Of a stretch of 64,000 bases of DNA, positions 14,865 through 29,755 are shown piece by piece. Location: NCBI RefSeq assembly GCF_021869535.1, contig NW_026262712.1:9176001-9240000 (forward strand), given 5' to 3'. Position 1 is the first letter of the stretch. Each line of letters begins with the position of its first letter. A program made the position numbers and the translations under genes. The notes beneath the pieces are model-generated. The model had not been told where the DNA came from, did not search any database, and was given only the letters and a program-made list of their open reading frames with translations. Source of the stretch: Mytilus californianus (lineage: Eukaryota).

Positions 14865-16780
14865 TAAAATGCTCCGCAGGGCGCAGCTTGATACGACCGC
14901 AGAGGTCGAACCCTGAACAGTTGGGGCAAGTATGGACACAACATTCAAGCTTGATACAGCTCTGAATTTGGATTGTGATTAAATATTTGACACAGCATAG
15001 GTTTCTGACACAGAATGAATGTGGTCTAAGAACTTAAAAATTTTTAAATTGGACATTCACCTATTATGGTCCAATATCCAAAATCTAAATACATGGAAAG
15101 ATTCAGCATATCAAAGAACCCCAAGAATTCAATTTTTGATGAAATCAAACAAAGTTTAATTTTGGACCCTTTTGACCTCAATGTGGACAAAGTTGAAAAC
15201 GGGGCCCAAAAATCAAAAATCTAAATACATGGTTAGATTCAGCATATCAAAGAACCCCATATATTCAATTTTTGTTGAAATCAAACAAAGTTTAATTTTG
15301 GACCCCGATTTGGACCAACTTGAAAACTGGGCCCATAATCAAAAATCTAAATACATGTTTAGATTCAGCATATCAAAGAACCCTAATAATTCAATTTTTT
15401 GTTAAAATCAAACTAAGTTTAATTTTGGACCCTTTGGACCTTAATGTAGACCAATTTGAAAACGGAACCAAAAATTAAGAATCTAAATACACGGTTAGAT
15501 TCGGCATATCAAAGAACCCCAATAATTCAATTTTTGATGAAATCAAACAAAGTTTAATTTTGGACCCTTTGGACCTCAATGTGGACCAATTTAAAAACGG
15601 GGCCCAAAATCCAAAAACTTAATACACGATTAGATTCAGCATATTAAAGAACCCCAAGAATTCAAGAATAAAACCCCATTGAAATTGATCAAGAAATAAG
15701 CAATTTATACGAAGTATCTTCTTTTGCACAATACTGTACAATTGACAATTTCTTGCTATTGCGCAATATTGTGCTATTGGATATTTCTTGCTATTGCGCA
15801 ATACTGTGCAATTGAAGATTTCTTGCTATTGCGCAATACTGTGCAATTGAAGATTTCTTGCTATTGTGCAATACTGTGCAATTGAAAATTTCTTGCTATT
15901 GCACAATACTTATTATATAATAATTTACACATCCTGTTTGGTGTGTATCTCCTACCATATCATTATTATTTACTTTTAAATATTAATCAGAAATAACCAA
16001 CTTAAAATGGAAAATTTTAAAAGAAAAAAAAAAGGAAAAAAAAGAAAAAAAAAGAAAAAAAAAAATCCCCCCCCCCCCAAACCCCTTATGATTCATCACC
16101 CCAAAACTCAATCCCAGCCTTCCCTTTGTGGTATGGTACCTTGCAGTACAATTTCAGAGAGATCCATACACTTGAACACAAGTTATTGTCTGGAAACTAG
16201 AAAAATGCTTATTTTTGGCCCCTTTTTGGCCCCCAATTCCTAAATGTTTCGGGCAATTACCCCCCAAACTCAATTCCAGCTTTCCCTTTGTGATATGGAA
16301 CCTTGTAGTACAATTTCAGAAATATCCAAACACTTACACACAAGTTATTGTCATGAAACTAGAAAAATGCTTGTTTTATGCCCCTTTTTTGGCCCCTAAT
16401 TCCTAAAATTTTGAGGCAATTACCCCCAAAATCAATTACAGCCTTCCCTTTGTGATATGGAACCGTGTAGTACAATGTCAGAGAGATCCATACACTTACA
16501 CACAAGTTATTGTCTGGAAGTTACAAAAATGCTCATTTTTGGCCCCTTTTTGGCCCCTTATTCCTTAACTGTTGGTACCATAACCCCCAAAATCAATCCC
16601 AACCTTCCTTTCGTGGTATTGAACATCATGGTAAAATTTCATGGAGATCCATTCACTTAAACTAAAGTTAGAGTGCGAAAACCAATGTGTCTTCGGACGA
16701 TGCCGGACGACGCCAGACGATGACGACGCCAACGTCATACCAATATACGACCAAAAAATTTTTAATTTTTGCGGTCGTAT
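14865..16780 (-). mobile_element. Non-autonomous Helentron-like element (HINE, family E, copy E1) inserted in unit 5
   Basis: Interrupts the unit in an A-run (ATGAAA|...|AAAAACTATA) with no long TSD. Subterminal inverted repeat ATACGACCGCA/TGCGGTCGTAT, palindromic 5' end, GC hairpin at the 3' end, a (GAC)n tract, and internal ~160-, ~35- and ~130-bp tandem arrays. Confidence 0.85.
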
Positions 16781-19700
16781 AAAAACTATAAATTAAAAGA
16801 CTGTTCTGTGGTTTTGGACACCGATAAAGACATTCAGTCTAAACTGCTGAATTTACAGGAAAATGCAGAGTCTGGAAAGAAAGACATGAACAGTAGTGGA
16901 CATGATTTAAAGAGAAGTGGAGACATTTCTTATTTTAAAAATGTTGCAAAGAAACCCAAAATTGGTCCAAAATGCATGAAAAGACAAGACAAAGATAAAG
17001 TAAAAGATCACAAAAAGTCTAAATTTGTTATTGACCATAAAGCCAAAGTTTTGAAACTGAATTTATCAAGGTTGGATAAAAATCTGGAAGCAAATGAGAC
17101 TGATAAAGAGATTGACAAAGAAGTGACAAAAAAGTTAGAAATTGAAAATGAAAGGAGAAAGGAGAAATCTCGTCCTATAAACATAAGGAAAAAGTCTGAA
17201 AGTGAAAGTAAACCGCCAAAAATTTCAGTAGAGAATAAAGAAAAAGAAAGATCAGATAATGAGAGTCGACATATAAAATCTTCTACAGATGGAAATAGAA
17301 AACAGGACAGAAAACATGAAAATGACAGTCGGGAATATTCAGACAAACATAAACATTCAGAAAAACCTAAACATCCGCATTCAGAAAAGCATACGCATGG
17401 AATTTCAGAAAAACCTAAACATGGACAATCAGAGAAGCATAAACCTGGGAATTCAGAAAAGCATAAACATAGATATTCAGAAAAATCTAAACATGGATAT
17501 TCAGAAAAATCTAAACATGGACAATCAGATAAGCATAAACATGGAAATTCAGAAAAGCATAAAGAAGTCAAAGGAGAAAATTCCAAAAAAGTAGAAGAAT
17601 TTTCCTGATAAAAGAGGTTCCAAAAAAGGAGATGATGACAAGCAAATAAAATCACCAAAAAATCTAAAGAGGAAAGCAAATGAAGAGGAAAACATTGCCA
17701 GTAAAAAGTCAAAGCACGATGACAAAACTGAAAACTGTGACGAAAAGAAAGATTCCATAAAAAGACCTGAGACTAAAATGATATCTGTTGAGGTAAAGAA
17801 GAAAGAAAATAAAAAGGAAGAAAAACTGCATGAACCATAGAAGAAATTGGAGGAAAGCTTAAGTAATGCTTCTAATACTATAGAATTGACAATGAAATGT
17901 AAACTTTGTAAAGAAATCCATAGCTCTAAATCAGCATTAGAAAAGCACATGATCAGTGTACATAATACCAAATTGGGCCGTAAAAGATTTGGATGTAAAC
18001 TTTGTACTCAATCTTTTGATACAACGTCTATTTTGATCAAACATATCGAATCGCACAAAGAGGAAAGAAAAAAAAGTGGTGAAGAAAAAGGAAAGACAGA
18101 AACAGTCCAAACAAATAAAAGAGAAGGAAACGGAAAGACAGAAACATTAGAAACAAAAACAAGAGAACAAAAAGGAAAGACAGAAACAATAGAAACAAAA
18201 ATAAGAGAACAAAAAAGAAAGACAGAAACAAAAGAAACAAAAACAAGAGAAGAAAAAGGAAAGACAGAAACAGTGAAAATAAAAACAAGAGAACAAAAGG
18301 GAGAGACAGAAACAAAAATAAGAGAACATAAAGGAAAGACAGAAACAAAAATAAGAGAACATAAAGGAAAGATAGAAACAGTAGAATCTAAAATAAGGAG
18401 AGAAAAATTGGCAATAAGTCATGTAAGTGACAAAAAGGAAGGAACAACCAAAATCACAGATGACATCAAAAAAATTTCTATCTGAAGATGACTTGAACAG
18501 TGAAACAAGCTCAGTTACTGGTATCATGACTCCGACATTTCCGGTGGCAAATACCGATGTAAACAAAAACTCTGAAAGAGATATTTATAGAAAAAGTAAA
18601 AGAATGGAGGAAAGGAGAATGAGCGAAGAATCAGTAGTTGTGCCGATTGATCCATCCCAGATCAAGACAGAACATCCTGACATCTTTGACATTGACTCCT
18701 TGGTCCATACTATTAATAGGAACTGTGAGATTTGTCCAAGGAAGTTCAATAGGTCGTACAGAGACATTGAAACAGAAATGATTATGACAGAAATTACTGG
18801 ATCCCAGACTGGTTCCCCAGTTCAAAAAGAAACAGTTGTCAACATTAAAAAGGAGCCTAATAGTTCACCTATCAAAGGTTTGATGCAAATGGCAATGCAA
18901 AAAGGTTTAGAAGATAGTGACCAGTGGGGCAATTTCAGTGAATTTGATATTGATAGTGTTGTTAATGTTGTCAATAGAAGAGACGAGGGGAGACAACTGG
19001 CAGATTGTCATGTAAATATTGTGAAAGTAGAAGACCAGGGGAGGCAACTGGCTGATTGTCATGTAAATATTGTGAAAATAGAAGACCAAGGAAGACAACT
19101 TGAAGATGGCATTGTAAATTTTGTGAATAGAGAAAACCATGGGAGAGAACTAGAAGATAGTAATATCACTATTGTGAAAGAAGAAATACAGGGGAGGCAA
19201 CTAGAGGAAGAGGCCTATTTACAGATGGATGATATTGAAGCTCTTGTTCATTATACAAATAGAAAATCGCATTCAGTCAGTCCTTCGAAGAACAATGCTT
19301 CTCAACAGCCATCATTGTCAGCTTAACCTAAAACAATTGTTGGCCTGCGATTGACAGATGACAACAAAGGAAGTGAATCTCCAAATAAAAAGGGAGATAA
19401 CTCTTTATCATTATCACCAAAAATGAAAAAACTATAAATTAAAAGACTGTTCTGTGGTTTTGGACACCGATAAAGACATTCAGTCTAAACTGCTGAATTT
19501 ACAGAAAAATGCAGAGTCTGGAAAGAAAGACATGAACAGTAGTGGACATGATTTAAAGAGAAGTGGAGACATTTCTTATTTTAAAAATGTTGCAAAGAAA
19601 CCCAAAATTGGTCCAAAATGCATGAAAAGACAAGACAAAGATGAAGTAAAAGATCACAAAAAGTCTAAATTTGTTATTGACCATAAAGCCAAAGTTTTGA

Positions 19701-22700
19701 AACTGAATTTATCAAGGTTGGATAAAAATCTGGAAGCAAATGAGACTGATAAAGAGATTGACAAAGAAGTGACAAAAAAGTTAGAAATTATAAATGAAAG
19801 GAGAAAGGAGAAATCTCGTCCTAAACATAAGGAAAAATCTGAAAGTGAAAGTAAGTGACAAAAATTTCACTAGAGAATAAAGAAAAAGAAAGATCAGATA
19901 ATGAGAGTCGACATATAAAATCTTCTACAGATGGAAATAGAAAACAGGACAGAAAACATGAAAATGACAGTCGGGAATATTCAGACAAACATAAACATTC
20001 AGAAAAACCTAAACATCCGCATTCAGAAAAGCATACGCATGGAATTTCAGAAAAACCTAAACATGGACAATCAGAGGAGCATAAACCTGGGAATTCAGAA
20101 AAGCATAAACATAGATATTCAGAAAAATCTAAACATGGATATTCAGAAAAATCTAAACATGGACAATCAGATAAGCATAAACATGGAAATTCAGAAAAGC
20201 ATAAAGAAGTCAAAGGAGAAAATTCCAAAAAAGTACAAGAATTTTCCTGATAAAAGAGGTTCCAAAAAAGGAGATGATGACAAGCAAATAAAATCACCAA
20301 AAAATCTAAAGAGGAAAGCAAATGAAGAGGAAAACATTGCCAGTAAAAAGTCAAAGCACGATGACAAAACTGAAAACTGTGACGAAAAGAAAGATTCCAT
20401 AAAAAGACCTGAGACTAAAATGATATCTGTTGAGGTAAAGAAGAAAGAAAATAAAAAGGAAGAAAAACTGCATGAACCATAGAAGAAATTGGAGGAAAGC
20501 TTAAGTAATGCTTCTAATACTATAGAATTGACAATGAAATGTAAACTTTGTAAAGAAATCCATAGCTCTAAATCAGCATTAGAAAAGCACATGATCAGTG
20601 TACATAATACCAAATTGGGCCGTAAAAGATTTGGATGTAAACTTTGTACTCAATCTTTTGATACAACGTCTATTTTGATCAAACATATCGAATCGCACAA
20701 AGAGGAAAGAAAAAAAAGTGGTGAAGAAAAAGGAAAGACAGAAACAGTCCAAACAAATAAAAGAGAAGGAAACGGAAAGACAGAAACATTAGAAACAAAA
20801 ACAAGAGAACAAAAAGGAAAGACAGAAACAATAGAAACAAAAATAAGAGAACAAAAAAGAAAGACAGAAACAAAAGAAACAAAAACAAGAGAAGAAAAAG
20901 GAAAGACAGAAACAGTGAAAATAAAAACAAGAGAACAAAAGGGAGAGACAGAAACAAAAATAAGAGAACATAAAGGAAAGACAGAAACAAAAATAAGAGA
21001 ACATAAAGGAAAGATAGAAACAGTAGAATCTAAAATAAGGAGAGAAAAATTGGCAATAAGTCATGTAAGTGACAAAAAGGAAGGAACAACCAAAATCACA
21101 GATGACATCAAAAAAATTTCTATCTGAAGATGACTTGAACAGTGAAACAAGCTCAGTTACTGGTATCATGACTCCGACATTTCCGGTGGCAAATACCGAT
21201 GTAAACAAAAACTCTGAAAGAGATATTTATAGAAAAAGTAAAAGAATGGAGGAAAGGAGAATGAGCGAAGAATCAGTAGTTGTGCCGATTGATCCATCCC
21301 AGATCAAGACAGAACATCCTGACATCTTTGACATTGACTCCTTGGTCCATACTATTAATAGGAACTGTGAGATTTGTCCAAGGAAGTTCAATAGGTCGTA
21401 CAGAGACATTGAAACAGAAATGATTATGACAGAAATTACTGGATCCCAGACTGGTTCCCCAGTTCAAAAAGAAACAGTTGTCAACATTAAAAAGGAGCCT
21501 AATAGTTCACCTATCAAAGGTTTGATGCAAATGGCAATGCAAAAAGGTTTAGAAGATAGTGACCAGTGGGGCAATTTCAGTGAATTTGATATTGATAGTG
21601 TTGTTAATGTTGTCAATAGAAGAGACGAGGGGAGACAACTGGCAGATTGTCATGTAAATATTGTGAAAGTAGAAGACCAGGGGAGGCAACTGGCTGATTG
21701 TCATGTAAATATTGTGAAAATAGAAGACCAAGGAAGACAACTTGAAGATGGCATTGTAAATTTTGTGAATAGAGAAAACCATGGGAGAGAACTAGAAGAT
21801 AGTAATATCACTATTGTGAAAGAAGAAATACAGGGGAGGCAACTAGAGGAAGAGGCCTATTTACAGATGGATGATATTGAAGCTCTTGTTCATTATACAA
21901 ATAGAAAATCGCATTCAGTCAGTCCTTCGAAGAACAATGCTTCTCAACAGCCATCATTGTCAGCTTAACCTAAAACAATTGTTGGCCTGCGATTGACAGA
22001 TGACAACAAAGGAAGTGAATCTCCAAATAAAAAGGGAGATAACTCTTTATCATTATCACCAAAAATGAAAAAACTATAAATTAAAAGACTGTTCTGTGGT
22101 TTTGGACACCGATAAAGACATTCAGTCTAAACTGCTGAATTTACAGAAAAATGCAGAGTCTGGAAAGAAAGACATGAACAGTAGTGGACATGATTTAAAG
22201 AGAAGTGGAGACATTTCTTATTTTAAAAATGTTGCAAAGAAACCCAAAATTGGTCCAAAATGCATGAAAAGACAAGACAAAGATGAAGTAAAAGATCACA
22301 AAAAGTCTAAATTTGTTATTGACCATAAAGCCAAAGTTTTGAAACTGAATTTATCAAGGTTGGATAAAAATCTGGAAGCAAATGAGACTGATAAAGAGAT
22401 TGACAAAGAAGTGACAAAAAAGTTAGAAATTATAAATGAAAGGAGAAAGGAGAAATCTCGTCCTAAACATAAGGAAAAATCTGAAAGTGAAAGTAAGTGA
22501 CAAAAATTTCACTAGAGAATAAAGAAAAAGAAAGATCAGATAATGAGAGTCGACATATAAAATCTTCTACAGATGGAAATAGAAAACAGGACAGAAAACA
22601 TGAAAATGACAGTCGGGAATATTCAGACAAACATAAACATTCAGAAAAACCTAAACATCCGCATTCAGAAAAGCATACGCATGGAATTTCAGAAAAACCT

Positions 22701-25700
22701 AAACATGGACAATCAGAGGAGCATAAACCTGGGAATTCAGAAAAGCATAAACATAGATATTCAGAAAAATCTAAACATGGATATTCAGAAAAATCTAAAC
22801 ATGGACAATCAGATAAGCATAAACATGGAAATTCAGAAAAGCATAAAGAAGTCAAAGGAGAAAATTCCAAAAAAGTACAAGAATTTTCCTGATAAAAGAG
22901 GTTCCAAAAAAGGAGATGATGACAAGCAAATAAAATCACCAAAAAATCTAAAGAGGAAAGCAAATGAAGAGGAAAACATTGCCAGTAAAAAGTCAAAGCA
23001 AGATGACAAAACTGAAAACTGTGACGAAAAGAAAGATTCCATAAAAAGACCTGAGACTAAAATGATATCTGTTGAGGTAAAGAAGAAAGAAAAATAAAAA
23101 GGAAGAAAAACTGCATGAACCATCGAAGAAATTGGAGGAAAGCTTAAGTAATGCTTCTAATACTATAGAATTGACAATGAAATGTAAACTTTGTAAAGAA
23201 ATCCATAGCTCTAAATCAGCATTAGAAAAGCACATGATCAGTGTACATAATACCAAATTGGGCCGTAAAAGATTTGGATGTAAACTTTGTACTCAATCTT
23301 TTGATACAACGTCTATTTTGATCAAACATATCGAATCGCACAAAGAGGAAAGAAAAAAAAGTGGTGAAGAAAAAGGAAAGACAGAAACAGTCCAAACAAA
23401 TAAAAGAGAAGGAAACGGAAAGACAGAAACATTAGAAACAAAAACAAGAGAACAAAAAGGAAAGACAGAAACAATAGAAACAAAAATAAGAGAACAAAAA
23501 AGAAAGACAGAAACAAAAGAAACAAAAACAAGAGAAGAAAAAGGAAAGACAGAAACAGTGAAAATAAAAACAAGAGAACAAAAGGGAGAGACAGAAACAA
23601 AAATAAGAGAACATAAAGGAAAGACAGAAACAAAAATAAGAGAACATAAAGGAAAGATAGAAACAGTAGAATCTAAAATAAGGAGAGAAAAATTGGCAAC
23701 AAGTCATGTAAGTGACAAAAAGGAAGGAACAACCAAAATCACAGATGACATCAAAAATTTCTATCTGAAGATGACTTGAACAGTGAAACAAGCTCAGTTA
23801 CTGGTATCATGACTCCGACATTTCCGGTGGCAAATACCGATGTAAACAAAAACTCTGAAAGAGATATTTATAGAAAAAGTAAAAGATTGGAGGAAAGGAA
23901 AAAGAGCGAAGAATCAGTAGTTGTGCCGATTGATCCATCCCAGATCAAGACAGAACATCCTGACATCTTTGACATTGACTCCTTGGTCCATACTATTAAT
24001 AGGAACTGTGAGATTTGTCCAAGGAAGTTCAATAGGTCGTACAGAGACATTGAAACAGAAATGATTATGACAGAAATTACTGGATCCCAGACTGGTTCCC
24101 CAGTTCAAAAAGAAACAGTTGTCAACATTAAAAAGGAGCCTAATAGTTCACCTATCAAAGGTTTGATGCAAATGGCAATGCAAAAAGGTTTAGAAGATAG
24201 TGACCAGTGGGGCAATTTCAGTGAATTTGATATTGATAGTGTTGTTAATGTTGTCAATAGAAGAGACGAGGGGAGACAACTGGCAGATTGTCATGTAAAT
24301 ATTGTGAAAGTAGAAGACCAGGGGAGGCAACTGGCTGATTGTCATGTAAATATTGTGAAAATAGAAGACCAAGGAAGACAACTTGAAGATGGCATTGTAA
24401 ATTTTGTGAATAGAGAAAACCATGGGAGAGAACTAGAAGATAGTAATATCACTATTGTGAAAGAAGAAATACAGGGGAGGCAACTAGAGGAAGAGGCATA
24501 TTTACAGATGGATGATATTGAAGCTCTTGTTCATTATACAAATAGAAAATCGCATTCAGTCAGTCCTTCGAAGAACAATGCTTCTCAACAGCCATCATTG
24601 TCAGCTTAACCTAAAACAATTGTTGGCCTGCGATTGACAGATGACAACAAAGGAAGTGAATCTCCAAATAAAAAGGGAGATAACTCTTTATCATTATCAC
24701 CAAAAATGAAAAAACTATAAATTAAAAGACTGTTCTGTGGTTTTGGACACCGATAAAGACATTCAGTCTAAACTGCTGAATTTACAGAAAAATGCAGAGT
24801 CTGGAAAGAAAGACATGAACAGTAGTGTACATGATTTAAAGAGAAGTGGAGACATTTCTTATTTTAAAAATGTTGCAAAGAAACCCAAAATTGGTCCAAA
24901 ATGCATGAAAAGACAAGACAAAGATGAAGTAAAAGATCACAAAAAGTCTAAATTTGTTATTGACCATAAAGCCAAAGTTTTGAAACTGAATTTATCAAGG
25001 TTGGATAAAAATCTGGAAGCAAATGAGACTGATAAAGAGATTGACAAAGAAGTGACAAAAAAGTTAGAAATTATAAATGAAAGGAGAAAGGAGAAATCTC
25101 GTCCTAAACATAAGGAAAAATCTGAAAGTGAAAGTAAGTGACAAAAATTTCACTAGAGAATAAAGAAAAAGAAAGATCAGATAATGAGAGTCGACATATA
25201 AAATCTTCTACAGATGGAAATAGAAAACAGGACAGAAAACATGAAAATGACAGTCGGGAATATTCAGACAAACATAAACATTCAGAAAAACCTAAACATC
25301 CGCATTCAGAAAAGCATACGCATGGAATTTCAGAAAAACCTAAACATGGACAATCAGAGAAGCATAAACCTGGGAATTCAGAAAAGCATAAACATAGATA
25401 TTCAGAAAAATCTAAACATGGATATTCAGAAAAATCTAAACATGGACAATCAGATAAGCATAAACATGGAAATTCAGAAAAGCATAAAGAAGTCAAAGGA
25501 GAAAATTCCAAAAAAGTACAAGAATTTTCCTGATAAAAGAGGTTCCAAAAAAGGAGATGATGACAAGCAAATAAAATCACCAAAAAATCTAAAGAGGAAA
25601 GCAAATGAAGAGGAAAACATTGCCAGTAAAAAGTCAAAGCACGATGACAAAACTGAAATCTGTGACGAAAAGAAAGATTCCATAAAAAGACCTGAGACTA

Positions 25701-27757
25701 AAATGATATCTGTTGAGGTAAAGAAGAAAGAAAATAAAAAGGAAGAAAAACTGCATGAACCATCGAAGAAATTGGAGGAAAGCTTAAGTAATGCTTCTAA
25801 TACTATAGAATTGACAATGAAATGTAAACTTTGTAAAGAAATCCATAGCTCTAAATCAGCATTAGAAAAGCACATGATCAGTGTACATAATACCAAATTG
25901 GGCCGTAAAAGATTTGGATGTAAACTTTGTACTCAATCTTTTGATACAACGTCTATTTTGATCAAACATATCGAATCGCACAAAGAGGAAAGAAAAAAAA
26001 GGGGTGAAGAAAAAGGAAAGACAGAAACAGTCCAAACAAATAAAAGAGAAGGAAACGGAAAGACAGAAACATTAGAAACAAAAACAAGAGAACAAAAAGG
26101 AAAGACAGAAACAATAGAAACAAAAATAAGAGAACAAAAAAGAAAGACAGAAACAAAAGAAACAAAAACAAGAGAAGAAAAAGGAAAGACCGAAACAGTG
26201 AAAATAAAAACAAGAGAACAAAAGGGAGAGACAGAAACAAAAATAAGAGAACATAAAGGAAAGACAGAAACAAAAATAAGAGAACATAAAGGAAAGATAG
26301 AAACAGTAGAATCTAAAATAAGGAGAGAAAAATTGGCAATAAGTCATGTAAGTGACAAAAAGGAAGGAACAACCAAAATCACAGATGACATCAAAAAAAT
26401 TTCTATCTGAAGATGACTTGAACAGTGAAACAAGCTCAGTTACTGGTATCATGACTCCGACATTTCCGGTGGCAAATACCGATGTAAACAAAAACTCTGA
26501 AAGAGATATTTATAGAAAAAGTAAAAGATTGGAGGAAAGGAAAAAGAGCGAAGAATCAGTAGTTGTGCCGATTGATCCATCCCAGATCAAGACAGAACAT
26601 CCTGACATCTTTGACATTGACTCCTTGGTCCATACTATTAATAGGAACTGTGAGATTTGTCCAAGGAAGTTCAATAGGTCGTACAGAGACATTGAAACAG
26701 AAATGATTATGACAGAAATTACTGGATCCCAGACTGGTTCCCCAGTTCAAAAAGAAACAGTTGTCAACATTAAAAAGGAGCCTAATAGTTCACCTATCAA
26801 AGGTTTGATGCAAATGGCAATGCAAAAAGGTTTAGAAGATAGTGACCAGTGGGGCAATTTCAGTGAATTTGATATTGATAGTGTTGTTAATGTTGTCAAT
26901 AGAAGAGACGAGGGGAGACAACTGGCAGATTGTCATGTAAATATTGTGAAAGTAGAAGACCAGGGGAGGCAACTGGCTGATTGTCATGTAAATATTGTGA
27001 AAATAGAAGACCAAGGAAGACAACTTGAAGATGGCATTGTAAATTTTGTGAATAGAGAAAACCATGGGAGAGAACTAGAAGATAGTAATATCACTATTGT
27101 GAAAGAAGAAATACAGGGGAGGCAACTAGAGGAAGAGGCATATTTACAGATGGATGATATTGAAGCTCTTGTTCATTATACAAATAGAAAATCGCATTCA
27201 GTCAGTCCTTCGAAGAACAATGCTTCTCAACAGCCATCATTGTCAGCTTAACCTAAAACAATTGTTGGCCTGCGATTGACAGATGACAACAAAGGAAGTG
27301 AATCTCCAAATAAAAAGGGAGATAACTCTTTATCATTATCACCAAAAATGAAAAAACTATAAATTAAAAGACTGTTCTGTGGTTTTGGACACCGATAAAG
27401 ACATTCAGTCTAAACTGCTGAATTTACAGAAAAATGCAGTCTGGAAAGAAAGACATGAACAGTAGTGTACATGATTTAAAGAGAAGTGGAGACATTTCTT
27501 ATTTTAAAAATGTTGCAAAGAAACCCAAAATTGGTCCAAAATGCATGAAAAGACAAGACAAAGATGAAGTAAAAGATCACAAAAAGTCTAAATTTGTTAT
27601 TGACCATAAAGCCAAAGTTTTGAAACTGAATTTATCAAGGTTGGATAAAAATCTGGAAGCAAATGAGACTGATAAAGAGATTGACAAAGAAGTGACAAAA
27701 AAGTTAGAAATTATAAATGAAAGGAGAAAGGAGAAATCTCGTCCTAAACATAAGGAA

Positions 27758-29755
27758 TAAAATGCTTCGCTGGGGCGCAGCTTGATACGACCGCAGAGGT
27801 CGAACCCTGAACAGTTGGGGCAAGTATGGACACAACATTCAAGCTTGATACAGCTCTGAATTTGGATGGTTATTAAATATTTGACACAGCATAGGTTTCT
27901 GACACAGAAAGAATGTGGTCTAAGAACTTCAATTTTTTTAATTTACCTATTATGGTCCAATGTCCAAAATCAAAATACATGGTTAGATTCAGCATATCAA
28001 AGAACCCCATATATTCAATTTTTGTTAAAATCAAACAAAGTTTAATTTTGGACCCCAACTTGGACAAACATGAAAACTTTGCCCATAATCAAAAATCTAA
28101 ACACATGTTTAGATTCAGCATATCAAAGAACCCCAAGAATTCAATTTTTGTTAGAATCAAACTAAGTTTAATTTTGGACCCTTTGAACCTTAATGTAGAC
28201 CAATTTAAAAAACAGGACCCAAAATTAAAAATCTAAATACACGGTTAGATTTAGAATATCAAAGAACCCCAATAATTCAATTTTAGATGAAATCAAACAA
28301 AGTTTAATTTTGGACCCTTTTGACCTCAATATGAACCAATTTGATAACGGGGTCCACAAATAAAAAATCTAAATACATGGTTAGATTCAGCATATCAAAA
28401 AACCCCATATATTCAATTTTTGTAGAAATCAAACAAAGTTTAATTTTGGACCCCAATTTGGACCAACTTGAAAACTGGGCCAAAAATCAAAAATCTAAAT
28501 ACATGTTTAGATTCAGCATATCAAAGAACCTCATATATTCAATTTTTGCTAAAATCAAACAAAGTTTAATTTTGGACCCTTTGGACCTTAATGTAGACCA
28601 ATTTGAAAACTGGACCCAAAATTAAAAATCTAAATACACTGTTAGATTCGGCATAACAAATAAATAAATGTGGTCAAAGATTTTACAAATCTAATGCGCC
28701 ATACTGTGCAATTAAAGATTACTTCTTGAAATTTTTCAATATTTGAAATTTGAAAAAAAAATAATACGTATTTGAAGAATATTTCTTTTTAATTTCTGAA
28801 ATCTGAAATGAGAAAAAATTGACCCCCCACAATTTCTTTTTATCCCCCCCTCCCACCTTTTTTCCCCCAAAAAATTCTTTCCCTCAAGATATAGTCATAA
28901 TCTCAATTCAAATTTCCAATGGAGTTGGCAACCATAATTACCCATTTAAATTTACCATAGTGCTAACTTAATCTATTTTATAATAGAATTAAAAATATAG
29001 TGTCAAATCTTTCATATGGATTTTTTTGTAACAAAAAAAAAGATGCAACATTTGCAGATATTTTTACTGGTCTTCCTTTATAAATATGCATTTCTTTAAA
29101 CATAATTTAAAAGCAGTGTAAGGGAAGTAACTAAAACGTTGTATTTGGATTACCTCCCTTACACTGTTTTAAATTATCTTTATTGTTCATTAACCATTAC
29201 TTTATACATAATTTAAAAGCAGTGTAAGGGAGATAATTTCAATGATGTATTTGATTTATCTCCCTTACACTGCTTTAAATTATGTTTTGTACTAAAGTAT
29301 TTGTCCATTAACCAGGACAACCTTGTTTTTCCCCCTTTTTTGCCCCAAATTCCTAAACGGTTTGAGCCATAACCCCCCAAAGCAAATCCTTACCATCCCT
29401 TTGTGGTATGGAAACTTGTAGTATAATTTCAGAGAGATCCATACACCGTTGCACAGTTATTGTCTGGAAACTAGAAAATGCTTATTTTTGGCCCCTTTTT
29501 GGCCCCTAATTCCTTAACTGTTGGTACCATAACCCCCAAAATCAATCCCAACCTTCCTTTTGTGGTATTTAACCTTATGGTCAAATTTCAAAAAGATCCA
29601 TTCACTTAAACTAAAGTTAGAGTGCGAAAACCAATGTGTATTCGGACGACGACGCTGGACGACGACGCCGGACGACGACGGCGACGCCGGACAACGACGA
29701 CGACGACGCCAACGTCATACCAATATAGGACCACAAAATTTTTTTGCGGTCGTAT
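27758..29755 (-). mobile_element. HINE family E, copy E2 (different interior) inserted in unit 9
   Basis: Interrupts CATAAGGAA|...|AAAAATCTGAAAG. Same termini as E1, with a (GAC)n tract and ~130-bp repeats, but a distinct middle section. Confidence 0.85.

Noticed and set aside
15172-16660. ORFs within HINE cores (also 27873-28625, 43138-45401, 52919-56091)
   Set aside because: They are translations of non-coding 120-160-bp tandem repeats with no transposase, Rep or helicase motifs.
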